Shown here: one piece after another, positions 56,818-64,000 of the stretch
How positions within the stretch are numbered: the stretch's first letter is position 1
How the letters are laid out: every line of letters starts with the position of its first letter
Source of the DNA: Kaistella gelatinilytica
Lineage (GTDB): Bacteria; Bacteroidota; Bacteroidia; Flavobacteriales; Weeksellaceae
Reading direction: 5' to 3'
Length of the DNA stretch: 64,000 bases
NCBI RefSeq assembly: GCF_015679325.1
Contig: NZ_JADPVI010000002.1
Span: forward strand, 50,798-114,797
Notes under the pieces: model-generated
What the model was told of the DNA's origin: nothing
The model's database searches: none
Seen by the model: only the letters and a program-made list of their open reading frames with translations
Translations under genes and position numbers: made by a program

Positions 56818-57510
56818 ATGTTAGTAATTAAGGACCTTAATAAATCATACGACACTGGAAAAAGCAAGCTTCATGTTCTGAAAGGAATAAACCTTATTAT
56901 TGGGGAAGGTGAGTTTGTTTCCATCATGGGAAGTTCGGGTTCTGGAAAATCTACTTTGCTGAATATCATTGGTATTTTAGATGAAAAAGATTCCGGCGTT
57001 TATGATCTTGATGGTATTCCGATAGAGCATTTATCAGAAATCAAAGCCGCAGAATACAGAAGTAAATTTCTTGGATTCATCTTTCAGTCATTTAATTTGA
57101 TAGGCTACAAAAATGCTTTGGAAAATGTAGCACTTCCACTTTATTATCAGGATGTCCCCCGAAAAGAACGGAACAAAAGAGCAATGGAATATCTGGACAA
57201 AGTTGGACTTGCAGATTGGGCGACGCACATGCCGAATGAACTTTCAGGTGGACAAAAACAAAGAGTTGCGATTGCGAGAGCATTAATTACAGATCCGAAA
57301 GTTATTCTTGCCGACGAGCCGACCGGAGCGTTAGATTCTAAAACAACGTACGATATTATGAAATTGCTGCAGGAAATTAACAACAACGGAAAAACCATCA
57401 TCGTAGTAACTCACGAACCAGATGTAGCTGCAGAAACCAAAAGAAATGTCATTTTAAAAGATGGAATTATCGAAAGTGATGAATTTATCACCCAAAGAGT
57501 TTTAGCTTAA
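56818..57510 (+). CDS. ABC transporter ATP-binding protein (MacB/LolD-like)
   Basis: 230 aa. Walker A 'GSSGSGKST', signature 'LSGGQKQRVAIARAL' and Walker B 'ILADEPTGALD'. Confidence 0.85.
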   Translation: MLVIKDLNKSYDTGKSKLHVLKGINLIIGEGEFVSIMGSSGSGKSTLLNIIGILDEKDSGVYDLDGIPIEHLSEIKAAEYRSKFLGFIFQSFNLIGYKNALENVALPLYYQDVPRKERNKRAMEYLDKVGLADWATHMPNELSGGQKQRVAIARALITDPKVILADEPTGALDSKTTYDIMKLLQEINNNGKTIIVVTHEPDVAAETKRNVILKDGIIESDEFITQRVLA

Positions 57511-57547
57511 AAGGTCTTTAATAAAAATAAGAAATCAATAAAATAAT

Positions 57548-58777
57548 ATGTTTGATCTAGACCGTTGGAGAGAAATTTTTGAGTCTATTCGCAGTAATAT
57601 ATTGCGAACAGTGCTTTCGGGTTTCACCGTGGCTTTAGGTCTCTATATTTTCATTGTTTTATTTGGAATTGGAAATGGTTTAAAAAATGCTTTTACAGAA
57701 GGCTTTGCGAGAGATGCCGCCAATTTAATTTCCATTTCTACAGGAAAAACCACCATCGCATTTAATGGATTGCAAACCGACCGAAAAGTTATCTTACAGA
57801 ATAAAGATTTTGACAACATAAAAAAAGCAGATCCCGACAAAATAGAATATTCTTCCGGCAGATATACATCCAATATGCTTGTAAAATACGGCAAGGAAAG
57901 TGGCTCTTATCAAGTAAATGGCGCAGATCCTGCCGAACCTTATATCGAAAGCAGAACTGTTTTAGATGGGCGATATATCAATAATGCAGATATCGATAAG
58001 AAGCAAAATGTTGCCGTAATTGGTAGAATGGTTCAGCGCGATCTCATCAAAAACGGAAGTGCGGTCGGAAAAGACTTAGACCTGAATGGAACGATGTTTA
58101 AAGTGATCGGTATTTTCTCCGATGATGGCGGCGATCAGGATGAACGAATGATCAGCGTGCCTATTTCTACGTTACAGCAATTGAAAAAAGGTTCTGATAC
58201 ACTCAGTAGAATTTTCATCACCTACAACCAGAATTTAACACCAGCTGATGCGATCAAATACAGTGATAAATTAGAGAAAGATCTTAAAAAAAATCTTCAG
58301 GTTTCTCCGGATGATGAAAACGCAGTTCGTGTAAATAACAACGCGAAAAATATGGAAAAGACTTTCCAGTTTTTGCTCATCATTACTTTGATCGTTGGGT
58401 TTATCGGTTTGGGAACTTTACTGGCGGGGATCATCGGGATCAGCAATATCATGGTTTACATTGTCAAAGAACGAACGCGAGAAATCGGGGTCAGAAAAGC
58501 AATTGGTGCAAAACCTAACGCGATCGTAGCCTTAATTATTCAGGAAAGTGTCGTCATTACGGTTATTTCCGGAATTATCGGTGTTGCTTTAGGCGTTTTA
58601 ACTTTGACATTAATAGGAGATAGTTTAGAAAAATATTTTATAATGGCGCCGTCAGTTGGTTGGGGTTTGATCGCTGTCGCTTTTGTGTGTTTGGTCATCG
58701 CCGGATTAATTTCCGGATTTGTTCCTGCGTACAGAGCCAGTAAAATAAAACCAATTGAAGCATTGAGAAGCGACTAA
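57548..58777 (+). CDS. ABC transporter permease, FtsX/MacB family
   Basis: 409 aa. An N-terminal TM, a large periplasmic domain, and a C-terminal FtsX 4-TM core ('KERTREIGVRKAIGA'). Confidence 0.8.
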   Translation: MFDLDRWREIFESIRSNILRTVLSGFTVALGLYIFIVLFGIGNGLKNAFTEGFARDAANLISISTGKTTIAFNGLQTDRKVILQNKDFDNIKKADPDKIEYSSGRYTSNMLVKYGKESGSYQVNGADPAEPYIESRTVLDGRYINNADIDKKQNVAVIGRMVQRDLIKNGSAVGKDLDLNGTMFKVIGIFSDDGGDQDERMISVPISTLQQLKKGSDTLSRIFITYNQNLTPADAIKYSDKLEKDLKKNLQVSPDDENAVRVNNNAKNMEKTFQFLLIITLIVGFIGLGTLLAGIIGISNIMVYIVKERTREIGVRKAIGAKPNAIVALIIQESVVITVISGIIGVALGVLTLTLIGDSLEKYFIMAPSVGWGLIAVAFVCLVIAGLISGFVPAYRASKIKPIEALRSD

Positions 58778-58871
58778 TTATAAGCAATAGGTAATGATTA
58801 ATAGGTAATCTATCAACACTTATTATTTAAAAAGAAGGACTAAAATCTGACAAAAAAAACAAAGTTTTTTT

Positions 58872-60143
58872 ATGAACATTATATTCAAACTCGATACCTG
58901 GCAAGAAATTTATCATTCCCTACAGAATAATAAACTTCGAACTTTTCTCACCATGATCGGCGTTGGATGGGGCATGTTCCTTTTCGTAGCACTTCTTGGT
59001 GCAGCAAAAGGTATGGAAAACGGTTTTGATAAAGCCTTTGCCGGTTTCGCGACGAATTCAATTTTCCTTTGGGCACAAAACACTACGATTCCTTATGATG
59101 GTTTTCCGAAAGGAAGAAAAATGGCTTTACATTTACCCGACATTCAGGTTTTGCAGAAAAAGATCCCGCAAATAGATTACATTTCGCCCCAATCGACGCG
59201 TGGTAATTTCGGAAGTCCGGGCGAACTCTTTTCCCGAAACGGCAAAAATGAAACCTACACTTTAAATGGAGATTATCCCGTTGGAAATAAAATTTCAGAA
59301 AAAAAATTAATTTTCGGAAGATATATTAACGATGCCGATATCAGCGGAAATAAAAATGTGATCGTCATCGGTGAAGAAATTTACAAAAACTTTTTCGATG
59401 CGAAGAAGAATGAAAATCCTTTAGGAAAATCGGTGACTGTAAAAGGTCTATTTTTCAATGTTATCGGTGTTTTCCGTGTTCAGCAGCAAGGTGGAAATAT
59501 GGGAAGCGATAACTCAGCCTATATTCCCTTCAGCACTTTTACCAAAATGTACAACGACGGCGATAAGGTTGGATTTTTTGCAATTGTCGGTAAAAATGAC
59601 GCAGATTTAAATGTCCTGGAAAATACCGTGAAGACCGAACTCAAAGCAAAATACAACGTTTCACCAGATGACACCAATGCTTTCGGTAGCTTCAACTTAG
59701 GAAAACTTTTTGGTAAACTGACCGGATTTCTGACCGGCATGCAACTGTTAACGATCGTTGTAGGAACATTAACTATTTTGGCGGGAGTTATTGCCATCTC
59801 AAATATCCTCCTGATAACCGTAAAAGAGCGGACAAATGAAATAGGGATTCGACGGGCTTTAGGCGCGAAACCTGCGGAAGTCCGCAATCAGATCTTATTA
59901 GAAAGCGTCGTCATCACGATCACTTCGGGACTTCTCGGATTTATTTTTGGGATCTTTCTGCTCATGATTTTGAATGCTTTAACGGAAGGACAAGATGCCT
60001 TTCCATTTTATAACCCGACCGTGAACTACGGAGAAGTATTTGCCGCGATGGGCGTGATGGTTTTTTTAGGCCTTTTAATTGGAATGATTCCCGCACAAAG
60101 AGCCGTATCCATTCGACCGATCGAAGCTTTGAGAACAGAATAA
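58872..60143 (+). CDS. ABC transporter permease, FtsX/MacB family (paralogue)
   Basis: 423 aa with the same architecture ('KERTNEIGIRRALGA'). Confidence 0.8.
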   Translation: MNIIFKLDTWQEIYHSLQNNKLRTFLTMIGVGWGMFLFVALLGAAKGMENGFDKAFAGFATNSIFLWAQNTTIPYDGFPKGRKMALHLPDIQVLQKKIPQIDYISPQSTRGNFGSPGELFSRNGKNETYTLNGDYPVGNKISEKKLIFGRYINDADISGNKNVIVIGEEIYKNFFDAKKNENPLGKSVTVKGLFFNVIGVFRVQQQGGNMGSDNSAYIPFSTFTKMYNDGDKVGFFAIVGKNDADLNVLENTVKTELKAKYNVSPDDTNAFGSFNLGKLFGKLTGFLTGMQLLTIVVGTLTILAGVIAISNILLITVKERTNEIGIRRALGAKPAEVRNQILLESVVITITSGLLGFIFGIFLLMILNALTEGQDAFPFYNPTVNYGEVFAAMGVMVFLGLLIGMIPAQRAVSIRPIEALRTE

Positions 60144-60262
60144 ATTTAGAAAAAAAACGATAGAAAAAATTGATATGAAATCGCATTTCAAAAATCTCGA
60201 AAGAATACTGAGTTGAAGATTGGCGATAACAAAAGATCATCAAAAAAGATTAAAAACTAATT

Positions 60263-61459
60263 ATGAAAAAGAAATTCACCGTAAAAAAAGTTATTTATAT
60301 CATCTTAGGACTCGTCTTTTTAGTGGGATTGGTGATGGGAGTTCGATATCTCATTAATTCAAATTCCAAGAAAAGCGACCTGTTTCTTACGAAAAAAGGC
60401 ATCGTTCAAAACATGGACGATAAAGTTCTGGCGACCGGAAAAATTGTACCGCGGGAAGAAATTGAGATCAAACCCAATATTTCGGGGATCATCGATAAAA
60501 TTTTGGTAAAAGAAGGCGATCACGTTACTGCAGGACAACTTGTGGCGACCATTCGAATTGTACCTACCGTTCAGAATATCAATGCTGCACAACAGGACAT
60601 TAATAATGCAAATCTGCAGATCAGCAACGCTAAAATAAACGTTGATACGCAACAGAAACAATTCGCGATGCAACAGCGTTTATATACGCAAGGTGTTATT
60701 TCTAAACAGGAATATATTTCTGCGCAGCAATCTTTACAATCGACGCAACAGGTTTTGAAAAATTCTCAGCAACAATTGCAAACCGCTCAGAAAAATCTTC
60801 AAATTGCAAAAACCGGGACAACACCTGAACTCGCCAGTTTAGCAACGACTCAAATTCGGTCGAAAGCGACAGGAACCGTTTTAGAAGTTCCTGTAAAAGT
60901 CGGAAGCCAGGTTATTGAAGCCAACTCATTCAATGCAGGAACCACGATTTGCTCCATCGCAGATCTAAACTCTTTAATATTTCAAGGGACGATTGATGAA
61001 GCTCAAGCGGGGAAACTGAAAGAAGGAATGGATATGAACGTGGTCATCGGAGCGTTACAAAACAAAAGTTTCCGCGGACGTGTTACCATGATCGCGCCGA
61101 AAGGAAAAGATGAAAGTGGAACCATTAAATTCCCGATTGAGGGCGATGTTTTCAATGAAACTCATGAATATATCAGAGCAGGATTTTCTGCAAATGGAGA
61201 AATCATCTTGAGTTCTCAGAAAAATGCACTTCTTTTGGATGAAGCTTTAATTCAGTATGAAAAAGTAAAAGGCGAAGACAAACCTTTCGTAGAAGTAAAA
61301 CAGCCCGATGGAAGTTTCAAAAAAACGTATGTGAAATTAGGAGCTTCTGATGGTATTAATGTTCAGATCCTTTCCGGAATCACGAAAGATTCTGAAGTGA
61401 AAGTCTGGAATCCGTCTGATAAAGACAAAGAAGCGTTGAAGGAAAAGAAGGGTAAATAA
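60263..61459 (+). CDS. efflux transporter periplasmic adaptor subunit (HlyD/MacA family)
   Basis: 398 aa. An N-terminal TM, a biotinyl-lipoyl-like motif 'GIIDKILVKEGDHVTAGQLVATI', a Gln-rich coiled coil and a beta-barrel domain. Confidence 0.8.
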   Translation: MKKKFTVKKVIYIILGLVFLVGLVMGVRYLINSNSKKSDLFLTKKGIVQNMDDKVLATGKIVPREEIEIKPNISGIIDKILVKEGDHVTAGQLVATIRIVPTVQNINAAQQDINNANLQISNAKINVDTQQKQFAMQQRLYTQGVISKQEYISAQQSLQSTQQVLKNSQQQLQTAQKNLQIAKTGTTPELASLATTQIRSKATGTVLEVPVKVGSQVIEANSFNAGTTICSIADLNSLIFQGTIDEAQAGKLKEGMDMNVVIGALQNKSFRGRVTMIAPKGKDESGTIKFPIEGDVFNETHEYIRAGFSANGEIILSSQKNALLLDEALIQYEKVKGEDKPFVEVKQPDGSFKKTYVKLGASDGINVQILSGITKDSEVKVWNPSDKDKEALKEKKGK

Positions 61460-61487
61460 TAAATTATCACACTTTACAATATAGATC

Positions 61488-61512
61488 ATCCCGAAATTTT
61501 CGGGATTTTTTA
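61488..61512. terminator. bidirectional terminator between convergent genes
   Basis: 'atcccgaaattttcgggat' followed by T6. Confidence 0.65.
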
Positions 61513-62106
61513 TTTAAATTTCTTAAAGAGCAAAGTCACATTAAGAAAAAGCAGGAGCAAATCTAGAGTAATCCAGATCGCAGTTTTCATATTTTCAAAT
61601 TTTAGATCTGCGACTAGCGTTTTCGAGATTTCTGAGAGTTTTACACTTTGATTGATGTAGTTGTGAATCTCAATGATCTGGTCTTCATTCTTATTTGGAA
61701 CGGAATGCTGAGAGAAATAAACCATATTCTTTTTTCCCATAAAACCTGCGATCCAAAATTCGTCAGAAAATTTCATATCTAAATGATCAATCCGAAAAAA
61801 ATTGGTACGAATTGTCCCGACATGGCGCGTTTCGTATTTTACATCTGCCTGTTTATCAGTATTAACTTTTACAAGATAAAAATCTAAAGGAAGCGGTAAA
61901 TTATTAATGACCTGCACTGTTAAAGAATCAGCACGAAATTGAGTCAAACTTTTGGTTACAAAATAATACGTAAAAAGGGCAACTCCAAAAGTTACAATCG
62001 CAATTCGGATCATTTTCACCCAGATCTTTAGTTTTCCGTTTTTAAAAATGGAAATAAAAAGACCAAAGCAGAGGAATAGAAAAAGGAGAAAAAACAAGTA
62101 AAACAT
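61510..62106 (-). CDS. hypothetical membrane protein (198 aa)
   Basis: N- and C-terminal TM helices. No recognised family. Confidence 0.45.
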   Translation of the reverse strand: MFYLFFLLFLFLCFGLFISIFKNGKLKIWVKMIRIAIVTFGVALFTYYFVTKSLTQFRADSLTVQVINNLPLPLDFYLVKVNTDKQADVKYETRHVGTIRTNFFRIDHLDMKFSDEFWIAGFMGKKNMVYFSQHSVPNKNEDQIIEIHNYINQSVKLSEISKTLVADLKFENMKTAIWITLDLLLLFLNVTLLFKKFK

Positions 62107-62225
62107 GGTGTAAAGATAAAATAATATTGGAGAGAACGATTTAAATGTTGGGTGTTGGATTTTGTATTCTTAGTACTGAAAAATACTTAAGCTGAAAAAA
62201 GACTTTTCCAATAATGTTAAAATCG

Positions 62226-62873
62226 CTAATTCACATTCCATTCTTTGTCGAATTCCTCTAAAAACTGAAGCATAAATTGATGTCTTTCCAACGCGATCTC
62301 TTTTCCTTTTTCTGTGTTCATCATATCTTTTAGGAGCAGCAGTTTTTCGTAAAAATGATTGATCGTCGTACCCTGACTTTTTTTGTATTCCTCTTTCGTC
62401 ATATCCAACTTTGGCTGAATGTCCGGATGATACATTAAATTATTTTTAAAGCCTCCGAAATTAAAAGTCCGCGCAATTCCAATGGCTCCGATGGCATCGA
62501 GACGATCTGCATCCTGCACAATTTTCAATTCAATGGGTAAATTCTGAGGAACTTCTCCCCTATTTTTAAAGGAAATGTTTTTGATGATAAATAAAACCTG
62601 GTCGATGATTTCAGAAGAAACATGTTGACTTTCCAGAAATTTATTCGATATTTTTAAAGCTAAAGTTTCGTCGCCATCATGAAATTTGGGATCTGCAATA
62701 TCGTGAAGCAAGGCCGAAAGTTCTATCACTTCAAGATTGCCATTTTCCGTTGCAGCGATCTTTTTTGAAAGCTTCCAGACTCTTTCGATATGAAACCAGT
62801 CGTGTCCGGCTTCCGCACCTTCGAGTTTTTCTTTTACGAAATCAACTGTATTTTGAATTAAATTTTCGCTCAT
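62226..62873 (-). CDS. HD domain phosphohydrolase
   Basis: 215 aa. 'HIERVW...LLHDIADPKF' is the H..HD metal-binding motif. Confidence 0.75.
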   Translation of the reverse strand: MSENLIQNTVDFVKEKLEGAEAGHDWFHIERVWKLSKKIAATENGNLEVIELSALLHDIADPKFHDGDETLALKISNKFLESQHVSSEIIDQVLFIIKNISFKNRGEVPQNLPIELKIVQDADRLDAIGAIGIARTFNFGGFKNNLMYHPDIQPKLDMTKEEYKKSQGTTINHFYEKLLLLKDMMNTEKGKEIALERHQFMLQFLEEFDKEWNVN

Positions 62874-62940
62874 TTTAATTTTTCTATAAACGTTCCGATA
62901 AAAGTCTTTTATATTACTCTATTATCCTTTATCTAAAGAA

Positions 62941-63516
62941 TTATTTCTTCACTTCTACAAACTGATACACCATTTCAGTTTTCGGATTATAAATGATCGT
63001 ACTCGCATTTGGGAAACGTTTTACTTTATAATACTCTATGTTTTTGTCGTTTTTGATGTCATCTAAAAAACTCAGATCGATAGAATTTGCAGGCAGAAAC
63101 TTCTCGAAAAAAGTAACTTTTTCAATGATCGACGTACCATCAACTTTTTGAAATTCTTTTTTCGATTGCGTTTCATCGCTTGTCGGTTGCGCGACCAAAG
63201 TATTCAACAACAGATCTTTATCAGCAGCTTTGTATTTGAAAACATAAAATGGAGTTCCATTCGGAAAAGCTACTTTTTTCCCGACTACATTTTCGAGGGC
63301 CAAATTATTTTGATGCGGAAAAATCTGATCAAACTGAATGTTTTCAGAATTTACAATTTTCCCTATTTGTTCTGTTACTGATTCCTGAATGGTTTCTTTG
63401 GCTTTTTGTTGTGCCTTTTCTGTAGTTTCTGTAACAACAGTCGATATTTTTTCTTCTATTTTATCGCACGAAATTACGGTAATGGCAATAAAGGATAGTA
63501 TGATTAAATTTTTCAT
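62941..63516 (-). CDS. hypothetical lipoprotein (191 aa)
   Basis: Lipobox 'VISC'. No domain. Confidence 0.5.
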   Translation of the reverse strand: MKNLIILSFIAITVISCDKIEEKISTVVTETTEKAQQKAKETIQESVTEQIGKIVNSENIQFDQIFPHQNNLALENVVGKKVAFPNGTPFYVFKYKAADKDLLLNTLVAQPTSDETQSKKEFQKVDGTSIIEKVTFFEKFLPANSIDLSFLDDIKNDKNIEYYKVKRFPNASTIIYNPKTEMVYQFVEVKK

Positions 63517-63552
63517 TTTTGAAATTTATATTGAAGGTATTTTTTATTAAAA

Positions 63553-64000
63553 TTAATTTTCGCGATACGTACTCATAAGTTTATCCAGATTCAAACTCCT
63601 TGCAGAAGCATCGAAAATTTCGCGGTATGTTCCCTGTAAACCTACGAGATGATCGTGTGTTCCGCTCTCTACAACTTCGCCTTTTTTCATCACATAAATG
63701 ATGTCGGAATCTAAGATCTGCGAAAGAGAATGGGAAATAATGACCACCGTTCTGCCCGCTTTTATGGCATCCAGAGAATTTTTAATCTGCTCCGTGGCGA
63801 TCGCATCTAAACTTGCTGTCGGTTCATCCAGAAAAATAATGGGTGGATCTTTCAGAAATAGTCTTGCAATCGCAATTCGCTGTTGTTGACCACCGGAAAG
63901 TTGCGTGGCATCATGTTTATATTGTTGTGGCAAATCGACGATCTGATCGTGGAGATACGCTTTTTTCGCGGCAACTTCGATCTCTTCAAAAGTTGCATTC
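63553..64000 (-). CDS. ABC exporter ATP-binding/permease protein, C-terminal part (gene continues past the window end)
   Basis: Signature 'LSGGQQQRIAIARLFL' and Walker B 'IIFLDEPTASLD'. The reading frame stays open to position 64000 ('...NATFEEIEVAAKKAYLHDQIVDLPQQYKHD'). Confidence 0.75.
   Translation of the reverse strand, partial: NATFEEIEVAAKKAYLHDQIVDLPQQYKHDATQLSGGQQQRIAIARLFLKDPPIIFLDEPTASLDAIATEQIKNSLDAIKAGRTVVIISHSLSQILDSDIIYVMKKGEVVESGTHDHLVGLQGTYREIFDASARSLNLDKLMSTYREN

Noticed and set aside
1-64000. Scan for tRNA/rRNA genes, CRISPR arrays, IS elements, integrases and phage genes.
   Set aside because: No T-loop or anticodon-arm-like conserved tRNA features, no rRNA-like GC-rich conserved blocks, no transposase or integrase ORFs and no regularly spaced repeats were found. 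The only mobile-looking structures are the small inverted-repeat elements reported above.

Overview
This 64 kb window is a low-GC (about 35%) chromosomal segment typical of Flavobacteriaceae (Chryseobacterium/Elizabethkingia-like). Two features point to Bacteroidetes: T9SS C-terminal sorting domains on two proteins, and TAnnTTTG-type -7 promoter boxes. I find about 65 CDSs and no rRNA, tRNA, CRISPR array or classical IS/transposase.

Recognisable content, in order:
- A TAT-secreted DUF1501/DUF1800 pair.
- An NMO-family oxidoreductase.
- An exported ankyrin-repeat lipoprotein flanked by small unknown genes.
- Two tandem SurA-like PPIases, a PfkB kinase and a GldD-like lipoprotein.
- A mutY / HU / RNase G block, then a NUDIX CoA pyrophosphatase and a PlsC-like acyltransferase.
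- A tyrosine-catabolism cluster (hmgA, hppD, fahA) with a CoA-transferase and a flavin reductase.
- A membrane-homeostasis block: a DUF1211 (TMEM175-like) channel, TerC, an alpha/beta hydrolase, flotillin and an NfeD-like protein.
- Two tandem M13 metallopeptidase paralogues.
- CinA, Dps, lipA and an ECF sigma factor.
- An Rrf2 (Fe-S) regulator next to an unusual two-subunit C-family heme-copper oxidase.
- nrdA and nrdB separated by a repeat-rich spacer.
- A MacAB-like ABC exporter made of an ATPase, two FtsX permeases and an HlyD adaptor.
- The 3' end of an ABC exporter gene running off the window edge.

The observations I consider most interesting:
1. A fused pair of degenerate gene fragments (hppD 5' end plus CoA-transferase 3' end, 21842..22102). 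This marks an old insertion or duplication junction that brought two hypothetical ORFs into the tyrosine cluster.
2. A GxxExxY (PD-(D/E)XK) gene bracketed by perfect 12-bp inverted repeats.
3. A conserved palindromic operator, with an NsrR-like AAGATGCATTT half-site, in front of both the Rrf2 gene and the oxidase.
4. A multi-copy family of mosaic intergenic palindromic repeats at eight or more loci.
5. A 29-codon Lys/Arg-rich ORF that is absent from the ORF track.

No single region can be confidently called a new defence or mobile system. The best candidates for undescribed biology are flagged with explicit tests.
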